From the NCBI RefSeq assembly GCF_009914755.1, contig NC_060945.1: a stretch of DNA of 64,000 nt; one strand, 5' to 3'. The notes under the pieces are model-generated. The model searched no databases. It had not been told where the DNA came from and saw only the letters and a list, made by a program, of their open reading frames with translations. This document shows positions 29,214 to 63,369 of this stretch, one piece after another. The translations under genes were made by a program, and so were the position numbers. This DNA is from the human T2T-CHM13v2.0 reference genome, Homo sapiens. Within the stretch, counting starts at the first letter, position 1. Every line of letters begins with the position of its first letter.

Positions 29214-29583
29214 TGTATTAGTCCATTCTCATGCTGCTAATAAAGACATATCCATGACTGGATAATTTATAAAGGAAAGAGGTTTAATTGACTCACAGTT
29301 CAGCATGGCTAGGGAGGCCTCAGGAAACACAATCATGGCAGAAGGGGAAGGAAACACATCCTTCTTCACATGGTGGCAGGAAGGAGACGTGCCAGCAAAA
29401 GCGGGGAAAGCCCCTTATGAAACCATCAGATCTCATGAGGATTCACTCACTATCACGAGAACAGCATGAGGGTAACCACCTCCATGATTCAATGACCTCC
29501 CACCAGGTCCCTCCCATGACACGGGATTATGGGAGCTATAATTCAAGATGAAATTTGGGTGGAGACACAGCCACACCATATCA
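29214..29583 (-). mobile_element. THE1 (probably THE1D) solo LTR
   Basis: TGTATTAGTCCATTCTCATGCTGCTAATAAAGACATA ... CAGCCACACCATATCA, flanked by a GAGCTCC direct repeat. Confidence 0.85.
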
Positions 29584-30484
29584 GAGCTCCTAATGCACTC
29601 TCAGAGGGCAGGGTTAAACCAGCGGGGGGTTCGGTTAAACCAGCGGGGGGTTCGGTAACAAGGGACTTTTGTCAGCGGGTAGTGAAATTCATCAGATTTC
29701 CAAGCTGCTGCTGTTGATGCTCCTAAGGAAGCAGACAGCGTGTGGATGAAATTGACAACTTCATATAAATTATATATATATATAGAGAGAGAGAGAGAAA
29801 CGGAGTCTTACTCTGTTGCCCAGGCTGGAGTGTAGTGGTGCAATCTCGGCTCACTGCAACCTCCTCTGCCTCCTGGGTTCAAGCTATTCTCTTGCCTCAG
29901 CCTCCTGAGTAGCTGGGATTACAGGCACCTGCCTGGCTAGTTTTTTGTATTTTATTTTATTTTTTTCAGTAGGGATGGGGTTTCACCATGTTGGTCAGGC
30001 TGGTCCCGGAACTCCTGACCTCAAGTGATCCACCCACCTCAGCCTCCCAAAGTGTTGGGATTACAGGCGTGAGCCTGTAATTTTGATCCCTTTGTCAACT
30101 TGTATTTAAACCAGACCACAGCATTAATTACATATTTTATTTTCTGTTTTACACTGATATTTCCTGTTTACACACAAGCTTCTAACCCTAAATCCAGCTT
30201 CCCCCAACCCAGGTGCCCCATAGGAGTTCCTGGTCACTGCTCCTGCAGACAACCGCTCCCTTCCTGTTGGGGATGGCTCTCCCGCTGCGTGGTCCCCTAA
30301 ACAGCCCCTCCCCCACCTGCCTTCCGCTGGAAATTCTCAAGTGGGAAATACAACGGGTTTTCCTTTCAATGCAAAACTGCTTGATTCTGTTTTGCATGTT
30401 ATAAAAGCTTAGTCTCAGAGTTCATGTTAAGAGTGTAGAATACACACAGTCCATGATTCAGTTTTCTTTTTGGTTTTTTTTTGA

Positions 30485-30706
<222 letters not shown>

Positions 30707-31813
30707 TGATCCACCCACCTTGGCCTCCCAAAGTGTTGGGATTCTAGGTGTGAGCCACCGCGCCCGGCCTGATTCAGAATTTCCTAACATCACTTTCAAA
30801 GCTCTGTGGACTCACTGGTAGATCCCTCCTTAGTCTTCACAGATCCCCCACGATCTGGACAGCCTGAACCCTGCAGCTGCAGTTCTGGCATACGCTGCCG
30901 GACGCCTCGGAGGCAAAGCGCAGCTCAGGACACCCTCAGGAACACGTTCACATCATGACCCCGGTGCACAGAGACTTTCACCCCCAGTCTTAGCTCTTAT
31001 CATGTATGATGCTCCCTCTTCTGTCCTATTTAACATAGAATCACAGTTGGGAAGGCACCGGACCAATTCCATGAATGGGAAGTAATCCCTGTTGAAAACT
31101 AGAAGGTGTTTTTAAAAACAGCCACGCTCTCCTAAGATACCTCCCTTTAGAAGCCCACGTGGCTCCATGGGAAGCCTCCCGCACCACAGGGCACTCAGTG
31201 AGGCTGCAGGCTATTCTGCACGTGCACGACACTGTGTGGCTGCCTCTCCGTACCAGAGCATAAAGTGCGTGAATGTATCTGAGATCTGGAGCCAGTTATG
31301 CTCTGGAATTGGATTTACTCACACTCTTTTATTTTATGGGAGAAACTGAAGCTTGGGGCCAGGACCTAAGAGTCAAAGCACCAACATGTAAAGAGTGGTG
31401 GTTAGGAACGCGGGCCGGAGTGGGCAGGTGTGAATCCTGGGTCCACCACCTGCTTGCTGTGTGAGCCAGGCAGTCTCTCCGCCCTCCATGCCCCCGAGGG
31501 GAAGGACCTGCCCGGGGTGGTTCAGACGAAGAAAAAAGTCTAAAACAAAGGAGGCAATCTGTAAGGATTTTAAAAATATATCTATTTTGAAAATATTCTG
31601 AAAGTAATTAAGATCACCTATTGGGAAGGAAAGAAATCAACACAATGAAATTTAGGAAGAGAAATGCAAAAGCAGCTGCAGAATCCTGCCCCTTCCACCC
31701 CAAGGGGCACAGCCCGGAGATGAAGCTTATTTTAGGATCACAAGTGCACGCTCTGGTAGACGGAGGATGACTTTGTCAGTCTTCTGGCTGAAGGGCCTTG
31801 TCCAAAGTCAGGA

Positions 31814-33881
<2,068 letters not shown>

Positions 33882-34055
33882 CTTGGCGGCGACGGAGGGA
33901 ATCTGGCGAGGGGACTCGGCGAGGGGACGCGGCGGCTCCTCAGCCCAAGTAGGCGCTGGGGTCACGTGACGCGCGGGCGGAACCAAGGGGCGGGGAGGAG
34001 GCACTTTGGCTTCGGAGTCCCCTGCGGGGTCGCGGTGGCCCCGCAAGAAGGGACG

Positions 34056-34091
34056 CGCGGGGCGGGGCGCGGGGCGGGGCGCGGGGCGGGG
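34056..34091 (-). repeat. CSTB: CSTB promoter dodecamer (CCCCGCCCCGCG)3, the EPM1 (Unverricht-Lundborg) expansion locus, normal-size allele
   Basis: Three perfect CGCGGGGCGGGG copies on + strand, beginning 175 bp upstream of the ATG. Confidence 0.97.
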
Positions 34092-34527
34092 AGCCTGGCC
34101 ACCACTCGCCGCAGGCTGGGTCTCCGCGCCCAGCGCTGGTGTCGGGAGGGAGCGCCCCCCTCCCGGGGCTGGTATCGTCTTTCCGGGCGCCGAGTCACAC
34201 GGACCGGGGCGGGGGCGCGGCCGGGTGTCGCCGGTGGGTTGGGCGCGCAGGGTGGGACGATAGGGAAGGGGCAGTCGGAGTAGGCGCAATCCTGCAGGGT
34301 GGCGGGGTCCGGGCCGCGCACGAGGGAGGGCGGGGCGCAGCGCTGCAGGGGTCAGGGGTCAGGGGTCCCGGCCCCGCGGGAGCAGGTGTGCGGGCTGCAG
34401 TGGACATCACCGCTTGTGACCGAGAACACTGAAGGCTGAAGGGGGTGGACAGAGGGGCCCAGGGAGGGGGAGACGGCGCCCACGCGCTCCAGGCTGGGTG
34501 GGGGCAGGGGGTAGATCAGAGGGATGA

Positions 34528-35610
<1,083 letters not shown>

Positions 35611-36871
35611 GTCCCTTTGGTTTAGGGTTTCTGTTAGACTGGACCACCTGCGGAAGGGAAGGGTCGCTTGCCTTATTTGGGGTGGGGGTGGGGCCTGTGC
35701 TAGGCACCTGTTGGTGTGATTGACTCCTCAAAATGACCCAGAGCCCCCACCCAAGGGCTGTCCCTCAGGGGGACTGGTCCGCTCCTGCATGCAAGGCCCC
35801 AGCTGGAGCGGCCCATGAATGGGTTGTGGGGTCCTTTCTCTTACCTGCCAGGGCACAGCCTGGTCTGTCACTTCAGGGAAGGGCCCAAAGGGGTGGGCAG
35901 TCAGGTGTGGTTGAAGCCTGGGGGGAGCGGGGCAGAGCCCCCCATCATTGTTGAATGAGTGAAGGCAGAGTTGACCCCACGAAAATGGAAAACTCTTCTA
36001 TGTGGAAAGCAAAGCATCAGGGGAAAACATAGTCAAGAAGAGAAAGGGATGGTCCGCTGCTTGTACGGGTCCTGCAGCTCTGTTGGGCTTGTGCCGTGGA
36101 AGGTGTTGGCCTTGAGGCCTTTGGTCCTGAGGTGCCTCCTGGAGTCGGATCCTCACTCTCCTTGCTGGAGCTGGGTCCCAGGTGCCTCCGTTTTACAAAT
36201 AGGAGGATAACAGCTGTGGAAATAAAGCCCACGCAAATGAGAACAAAAGACGATTTATTCAGGACTTGCTGTACAAGGGAGTCGCCGTCCTCTCTTGTGT
36301 TGACCGAGATTCCTCAGCAGGCGGGGGCAGAGCCGGGGAAAAGCCTGGAATGGGAAGGGGAGGCTCAGGTGCACCTGAGGGAGGCTGTGGCCTGGGGAGA
36401 CGGAAGAGGGGCTCACTAGGAGTGTGACCGTGACAGGTCCGTTGCCTAGGGTGCAGGAAGTCAGCACACTGCCACCCAGGGTTTGCAGCAGACAGTTTGA
36501 ACCGCAAGGTTGTAACTGGGAGGAGACCTCAAATCCATCTCCCTGAGGAGTTTGGGGCTGGGAACTTTCAGGGGTTTGGAGTGGGCTGAGGGCGGGGGCT
36601 GCTGACCGGTGGAGAAGTGCAGGGTGAAGCAGGGTGGAGTCATGGGGTGGGGTTGAAGATGCTGTATTCTCATGCTGGTTCACTTCCTCTGTGGGGCTCT
36701 TCAAACTGGTTGGCCTGGAATTAAGGATCTGAAACGTCTTAAGGAATTCTTAAACAAAAGCCTCATGATTCTGAAGTCAGAGATTCCGTCCATAGGAACA
36801 GTAGGGGTGCAGATAGTCACTAGCGCTACGTGACTTTCAGTTAGAAGGAAGTGGGTTAAAGTGTAGCCTGA

Positions 36872-37290
<419 letters not shown>

Positions 37291-38067
37291 TAATAAATAT
37301 AATATATAATATATAATAAATGTACAGAACCTGGGCAGAAAGCTTCTGGCTAGCCGTGAAAGTTGAGGTTTGGCCTCTGGACAGTCGCTGTGGCTCAGAG
37401 TTCTCTTCCCATATTTGGTCTGGCTGTTTTCTGTTTGTGTGTTCATTGTCTCGCAATGTCAAAGCTGCCTTCGTGCTGCAGGTGTGGGTGCAAGCAGATG
37501 TTTTCAAACCATCTTGGAGGGCAGGTGCTGGAGCCCAGCTGCCTGAGTGTGGACCCAGCCCTTCTTCGCACCTGCTGTGTGGTGAAGGACTAATTGCTGA
37601 AACTCTCTGTGCCTCTCTCTGTGGGGATAATGCTAATAACCAATCTCAAATTTTTTTTTAAAGGACTAAGTGAATTAGTAATTAAGTACAAAAAGCTTGG
37701 GACAGTGTCTGAGCTCCAGGGTGAGTTGTCAGTATTGTTATTATTGGTATGCTAATCAAAGCCAACCTAGAATTTGTATTACTTTTCCAATCAAAAGCCC
37801 TGGAATTTTTTATTTTATTTATTTATTTTTTTGAGACATGGTCTGATTCTGTTGCCCACACTGGAGTTCGGTGGCACGATCACAGCTCACTGCAGCCTGA
37901 CCTCCCAGGCTCAAGCAATCTTCCCACCTCAGCCTCCTGAGTAGCTGGGGCCACAGGTGTGCACCACCATGCCTGGCTAATTTTTTTCATTTTTTGTAGA
38001 GCTGGAAGTCTCACTATGTTGCCCAGGCTAATCTTGAAATCCTGGGCCCAAGTGATCCTCCCACCTC

Positions 38068-39074
<1,007 letters not shown>

Positions 39075-39221
39075 CCTTGGCCTCCCAAAGTGCTGGGATT
39101 ACAGGCATGAGCCATCACGCCCAACCATGCTGACTTTTACCTCCCATTCTTTGATGCCAGAGTTTTTCATTTACTGAAGGCAAGGGGACAAGACCAAATA
39201 CCTTGTCTCCCCACTTAGAGA

Positions 39222-40290
<1,069 letters not shown>

Positions 40291-40689
40291 ACAAGGAAGA
40301 AAGGAAGGAAGGACTGACAAGACCTGGGGGCACCTCAGAGACTTTGAACATCACTTACATTTGAAATCTGTATTCAGAAGAATCAAAGTTTGAAATCTAA
40401 ACTATTTCAGAATCTCACTTTTGAAATATTGGATTTCCCCAGGGTCAGTAGAACCCTAGTGTGTTTGATTGCTTGATTTTTCTTCCATGTGCCTTCTTCC
40501 TCAGCATGCTGATCAGGTTTCTTGGGGGTTTTTTTGGGCTTCCTGTTAATACTCCTAAGCAGGTGACTCATACACCTGTTCCTGGTTCCAATCAGTTGTT
40601 TGTGTTTCCATTATGCAAGAGTTTCATCATGAGAATTTGTTGTTAATTAAATTCTAGACATCAGAGGGTCTCAGCCCAAGCAATAGGTG

Positions 40690-41196
40690 TTGGGGGCTGT
40701 GGGCACCAGGCGCTGCAGGGGGACTGTGGGCCCCATCCTGGCACCCTGTTCATGAACCTGCAGGTGATGCTGTGGGGAGCTCTGCCTGGTGCGAAAACTG
40801 CTGACGTGGTGGGCTAAGGCGGTCAAACCCCTCTGTTGCAGGATGTCCCAGTGGACCTCAGGTCCTTCCTGTTTGCTGAGCTTGTGTTTCAGCTGCCTTT
40901 CTTTCCCACTGCAAACCCTGCCTTCTTCCAAAAGCTGCCGGTAGATCCAAAGCCCTGCAGACTTCTACTCAGGTTGCGACATGGCAACGTGAATGCCAGT
41001 ACTCTCCACATTTCTATTTGAGGATTTCGCAAAAGCTAGTGGCTTCCAAGGACAAAGGCCTGAGACCGTGCACGAACCATTCACCCTTGCATCTGGCTGT
41101 GCACCTTACTCACACGTCCCTTTCATATGTCTGCGTTGGCTGTTGAAGAGCTCCTACTGCAAGTATGCAAGTGTGGGGAGAAAAGAAAGAAAATGA
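40690..41196 (+). pseudogene. TMEM97P1: Processed pseudogene of TMEM97 (sigma-2 receptor/MAC30)
   Basis: Intronless, frameshifted fragments match TMEM97 in order: (L)GAVGTRRC vs [31 protein letters not shown] vs [49 protein letters not shown] vs [27 protein letters not shown], then a basic tail and TGA. The start ATG is mutated to TTG. The symbol is from recall. Confidence 0.9.
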
Positions 41197-41524
41197 GGGA
41201 AACAACCAGTGAGCCTGGGAGGGAGGCCCGCGGGGCACTTGCCTGTGGGACCCAATACGAGGAAAACCGCTCAGAACCCAGGTCTTCAGCAGCATTCGAA
41301 ACACACAAGGGCAAGATGGTGGCAGGAGTGTCATTAAACTCTCATCCTGCACGGGCACTGGGACGGACAGATCAGTCAGCGGTGGGTGTGCAGTGCGCTG
41401 TGGGCTATGTCATAGGGATGTGGTACCCAGCACATCAGTGTGTGACCAGGTCTTGCTGTAGGATGACTGAGCAGGACCACAACAGAAACTGGATGAGCTT
41501 CTAAGAGCATGGCCTGCTTGACAC

Positions 41525-42075
41525 TGTTACAGGAAAGGGGTCCCGATCCGGACCCCAAGAGAGGGTTCTTGGATCTCTCACAAGAAAGAATTCAGCGCAA
41601 GTCCGCAGAGAAAAGTGAAAGCAAGTTTATTAAGAAAGTAGAGGAATAAGAGAATGACTATTCCATAGAGCAGCCCTGAGGACTGCTGGTTGCCCATTTT
41701 TATGGTTTTTTTTTGATGACATGCTAAACAAGGGGTGGATTATTCATGCCTCCCCTTTTTAGACCATATAGGGTAACTTCCTGATGTTGCCATGGTATCT
41801 GTAAACTGTCATGGTGCTGGTGGGAGTGTAGCAGTGAGGATGACCAGAGGCCACTCTTGTGGCCATCTTGGTTTTGGTGGGTTTTAGCCGGCTCCTTTAC
41901 TGCAACCTGTTTTATCAGCAAGGTCTTTATGGCCTGTAGTTTGTACTGACCTCCTATCTCATCCTGTGACTAAGAAGGCCTTAACCATCTGGGAATGCAG
42001 CCCAGTAGGTCTCAGCCTCATTTTACCCAGCTCCTATTCAAGATGGAGTCGCTCTGGTTCAAACACCTCTGAACA
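41525..42075 (-). mobile_element. MER41A solo LTR
   Basis: Reverse complement begins TG(T)TCAGAGGTGTTTGAACCAGAGCGACTCCATCTTGAATAGG; ~550 bp; lacks the GAS-containing insert of MER41B. Confidence 0.85.
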
Positions 42076-42081
42076 TGTTCA

Positions 42082-42834
<753 letters not shown>

Positions 42835-43494
42835 CCATCTCTACAAAAAATAAAAAATTAGCTAGCTGAGGTGATGCACACCTGTGGTCCCAGCTATTCA
42901 GAAGGCTGGGGTGGGAGGATCACTTGAGCCCTGGAGGTCGAGGCTGCAGTGAGCTGTGATTGCAACACTGCATTCCAGCCTGGGAGATAGAGTGAAACTC
43001 TGTCTCTTAAAAAAATAAATAAAATAAAATAAAATAAAAGTAGTGGGACATTTCAGGCCGTTTAAAAATTTGAAATTTTGGTCTTTAATATTCATTAAAA
43101 ACCAGGTCATATTTTCTTGTCTCCACCTCTAGCCCGGGGGAAAAGAGAAAATACAGTGAAAAAGAGGTTTAAACTTAGTTTTCCTTAAGGCTGAGCCCTA
43201 GTGTGACTTTCAGTCAGAAATGGGTTATACTGTGGCCAGGCGTGGTGGCTCACGCCTGTAATCCCAGCACTGTGGGAGGCTGAGGTGGGCTGATCACTTG
43301 AGGTCAGGAGTTCGAGACCAGCCCGGGCAACATGGCGAAACCCTGTCTCTACTAAATATGCAAAAATTAGCCAGGTGTGGTGGTGGGCGCCTGTAGTTGC
43401 AGCTACTCAAGAGGCTGACACAGGAGACACTTGAACCTGGGAGGCGGAGGTTGCAGTGAGCTGAGATCACGCTACTGCACTCCAGCCTGGGTGA

Positions 43495-43785
<291 letters not shown>

Positions 43786-44065
43786 TGAGGTCTGGATCTC
43801 CTGACCTCGTGATCCACCCACCTCAGCCTCCCAAAGTGCTGGGATTACAGGCATGAGCCAGCACGCCCAGCCCGAGAAGAGATTTTTTAAAAGCCACTTT
43901 ATTCGATTTCCAAATCTTAGTCTTCCATATCTTTAGAGACCACCTGCCATGTCCTTTCCGTCTGAAGCCTGGCATCTCGAGCCTGGTGTGAAGGTGTGCT
44001 CCCCAGTGCACAACTTCACCCTCCTAGTACAGCTTAGTCCCTCCCACCCTGTTCTCAGCAGCTGG

Positions 44066-45042
44066 GTGTGACATACCCGCTATGTGCCTGATATACCCAC
44101 TATGTGCGAGACATACCCACTGTGCACCTGACATACCCACTGTGAGCCTGACATGCCCATTGCATGCACGATACCACCCACTGTGTGCATGCGACATACC
44201 CACTGTGTGCAACATACCAACTGTTTGCATGACATACCCACTGTACACCTGACATGCCCATTGTGCGCCTGACATGCCCACTATGTGCGTGCAACATACC
44301 CACTGTGTGCGTGCGACATACCCATTGTGCGCACGACATACCCACTGTGCGCGCGACATGCCCACTGTGCACCTGACATGCCCGCTGTGTGCGTGCGACA
44401 TGCCCACTGTTTGCATGCGACATACCCACTGTGCACCTGACATACCCACTGTGCGCGCGACATACCCACTGTGTGAGTGCGACATACCCACTGTGCGCGT
44501 GAAATACCCATTGTGTGTGTGCGACATACCCACTGTGCGTGCGACACACCCACTGTGCGCATGACACACCCTGTGTGCGCGACATACCCACTGTGCGCCT
44601 GACATGCTCATTGTGCGCCTGACATGCCCACTGTGTGTGTGCGACATGCCCACTGTGCGCGTGACATGCCCACTGTGCGTCTGACATGCCCACTGTGTGC
44701 GTGCCACATACCCACTGTGCACCTGACATACCCACTGTGCGCGACATACCCACTGTGCATCTGACACGCCCATTGTGCGCGACACACCCACTGTGTGCGT
44801 GCAACATACCCACTGTGTGCCTGACACTGTGTGCATGCGACATACCCACTGTGTGCGAGACATACCCACTGTGCGCCTGACATGCCCATTGTGCACCTGA
44901 CATGCCCATTGCGTGCGTGCAACATACCCACTGTGTGCGTGCGACATACCCACTGTGCGCCTGACATGCCCACTGTGTGCGTGCAACATGCCCACTGTGC
45001 GTGACATACCCAGTGTGTGCGTGCGACATACCCACTGTGTGA
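44066..45042. repeat. Minisatellite of ~1 kb, roughly 44 variable 20-24 bp units (core GACATRCCCAYTGTG)
   Basis: Directly visible; accounts for the 345 and 351 aa repetitive ORFs. Confidence 0.95.
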
Positions 45043-45402
45043 GTGCAGGGCCTCTTCTCATTCGTGCTTGTCCCCCGGAAAGTCATGTCCGCTGGAACCT
45101 CGGAATGTGGCCTTAATTTGGTAAACGGGTCTTTCCAGACATGGTTAGTTAACATGAGGTCATGCTAAATTAAGGCAGGCCTAAGTCCACACTGACTGAC
45201 GTCCTCATAAGAAGAGGAGAGGCTGGCTGGGTGCAGTGCCTCCCGCCTGTAATCCCAGCACTTTGGGGAGACCGAGGCAGCCCGATCACCTGAGGTCAGG
45301 AGTTCGAGATCAGCCTGGCCAACATGGTGAAACCCCATCTCTACTAAAAACACAAAAATTAGCCAGAAATTGCTTGAATCCTGGAGGTGGAGGTTGCAGT
45401 GA

Positions 45403-45750
<348 letters not shown>

Positions 45751-45897
45751 TGATCCACCTGCTTTGGCCTCCCCAAGTGATGGTTGGGATTACAGGCATG
45801 AGCCACCACTGCCAGCCTTTTCAACTTTTTATGAAAAATTTCATACATAGAAAATGTCAGAAGATAGGTCAATGAAGACCTGTATTCCTGCCTGTAG

Positions 45898-46080
<183 letters not shown>

Positions 46081-46284
46081 TAGTAGAGACGGGGTTTCAC
46101 CGTGTTAGCCAGGATGGTCTCGATCTCCTGACCTCATGATCCGCCCGCCTCGGCCTCCCAAAGTGCTGGGATTACAGGCGTGAGCCACCGCGCCCGGCCA
46201 ACGCCACAACTGTTAACAGTGTGCCATAGTTGCTTATCTGCATACACATATGTGCGTGTAATGATTTACTTTTTTGCAGAATGA

Positions 46285-46692
<408 letters not shown>

Positions 46693-47240
46693 TGAGCCAC
46701 CGCGCCCGGCACACCCCTGGTTTTAAAAATAAAGTTTCGAGCCGAGAGTGGTGGCGCCCGTGGTCCCAGCTCCTCGGGAGGCTGAGGCTGGGGGATCCCT
46801 GGAGCCCGCGAGGCAAAGGCTGCAGTGAGCCGAGATCGCGCCTTGCACTCCAGCGTGGGTAACAGAGCGAGACCCTGTCTCAGGAAAAAAATACAAGTGG
46901 GGTTATAAATAAAATGAGATTAAAAAACAACAGATCTTTGCCTCAGAATCCCGACCCACCGCAGCCCCAGCGAGGCGCAGGCGCAGGCGCAGGCGCGCGC
47001 TCGCTGGTTCCGCCCATGCGCACAGGCAGGGAGCGCGCGCCCCCTCTGTAGCCTTCGGCCTCCGGGGGCTGCAGTTGCGCGGCTCGGCCACTGCGCGGCG
47101 GTGGCGTGCGCCTGGGCGGTGTCGCGGGCTGTGACGTCACGCCACGCGCCGGGGCCAGGAGGAGGCGGGCGCAGGAGGCGCGTGCTCAGTGTGCTGGGTA
47201 CCAGGCGACTCCGGGACAGGGGGTCTCGGCCGTCGGCGTC

Positions 47241-61385
<14,145 letters not shown>

Positions 61386-61684
61386 TGTGGCCGGGCCAAG
61401 GACAGGCAGGGAGGGAGGCCAGGCCTCGCTTGCACCGCGGGACGAGGCTGACCGGGCTGTTCTGTAGACTCAGGACCGTGGCTCCAGAACTCCTGTGCCA
61501 GGCGGGAGGGAAGGGCGGCACTGGAGAGATGGGCCCATCATTAGGGGCCAGCATCCCAGGAACTGGACCTTTCCCCAGAGCCTCCGCCTGTGGCTGTGAT
61601 GACCTTGGGCCAGAAGGTCAAACTCCGAAGACTGAAACTCTGCCTGCAGCAGGACTGGCCGCCCCTGCTGTGGGGGGTTCAGAA

Positions 61685-61690
61685 AATAAA
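61685..61690 (+). terminator. RRP1: RRP1 polyadenylation signal AATAAA
   Basis: First canonical hexamer, 300 nt after the stop, with GT-rich sequence downstream. Confidence 0.75.
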
Positions 61691-62668
61691 ATGCCGCGCA
61701 GCCCTTGCCAGGGAAGTGTCGCTTCAGGTGTGTCCTACGGACGTGTGGGAGGTGGCAGGCGCCAGCCTCCGAGCAGTGTGGTGGTTTATATTCATGTTTG
61801 TGGAAAAATCTTGCAAGACATTTCTCCTTTCACAGAACTGCCCAGGTGTTAACAGGGCTGTCTGGACGGGGCTCTTTTGCTTCCCCCTCAATCTGGGGTC
61901 TAGAGTTGTGCAAGGAATTCAGCTCCAGTAAGGCCTGGATTGCCCGGGGTGAGCGTGTGTGTGGTGGGAAGACCTGGCTTCCGCGAGAGCCTTGTTCCTG
62001 GAGGCAGGAGCGCCCCGCCATCCTGGGTACCCGCGGGTCCGCAGGCTGCGCACCTCTTTCCCTCAGCCAGGTCACCCTCAGCGTCCTCCCTGCCCCTCTC
62101 CCCTTCACACCTGCTGGAGCCTGTGAGGGAGGTGGCGGGTCCCCACTGTGGCGACGGAGAGCTGACAGTAGCCCAGGGCTTTCCACCTGCATGGAACAAG
62201 GGCCTGTCTGCCGCCAGCGCTGTGGCCACAGCCTGCATAGGTGACAAGGGGCCGCTGCGTTGGGTTTTGCCCGCATCTTCTGTTCCATGGGTGCCCAGCC
62301 AGCCAGGCCGTGTGGGATCCAGCGAGAGGCCAGGGCTTGGAGTGGGCCTGGGACCAGGAAGGACCTCTAGGCTGTGGCTGGCCTTGTGCAGACCCTGGAC
62401 TGCATCCGGTTCCCCAAAGCCCTGCTGCATTCGAGTGTCCCCCAACCCCGGGCAGGTGGCACCTGGTGACACCTCCTTCAGTCCCACTCAGCTGGGCGGC
62501 CGGGGCAGGCTTAGGGCACAGTTAGGGGCCAAGGAGAGGGAAGGCCAGGGCCCCTGTTCTAGGGGTTAGGGTTCTTTCCCCAAAGGAACTTAAAAAGACA
62601 AGCGTGGCCAGGCACAGTGGCTCACACCTGTAATCCCAGCACTTTGGGAGGCCGAGGTGGCCAGATCA

Positions 62669-62996
<328 letters not shown>

Positions 62997-63369
62997 TTAC
63001 CCCCAGCAGGGCCTGTTGGGACGAGCCCCTGCAGTTGGAGGCCTTTGGAAGGGAACGGGGTGCATTATAACGCTTTCTTGTTTTTGAAGTTTCTTTGGTC
63101 AAAAGCTAAGGAAACAACCATGCTAACAGAAGTTTCTGGAAAAAAGCAAATTAGAGATGCCGAATTGCAGTTGTGAAACTGGAAGCCACAGTGACTTTGC
63201 ATCTTCTTTCACATGTGTGTTCACAGGGAGGGGTTTTTCATGGCTGCGCCGGCACTGTCACGCTCTGGCTGTTTCCAGGCCCTGCTGGGTGCACGTTTCC
63301 CCATATTCAGAATTGTTTTAAATAACCGCATTGTGCTTATGACATGAATGACTGAATTCCTCTCCTATT

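Noticed and set aside
34056-34091. Pathogenic EPM1 expansion
   Set aside because: Only three copies, which is the normal range.
41525-42075. MER41 as an interferon-gamma/STAT1 enhancer
   Set aside because: The minus strand reads AAAAAGGGGAGGCATGAATAATCC, lacking the tandem TTCCNGGAA GAS segment found in MER41B; this is the MER41A type.
44024-45155. 345 and 351 aa ORFs, and a CRISPR-like look of the array
   Set aside because: Tandem minisatellite without unique spacers, in human DNA with no cas genes; the ORFs are repeat artefacts.
47106-47240. N-terminally extended RRP1 from the ORF track
   Set aside because: The start is a GTG upstream of the probable TSS region; the ATG at 47241 has good Kozak context and gives the known protein.
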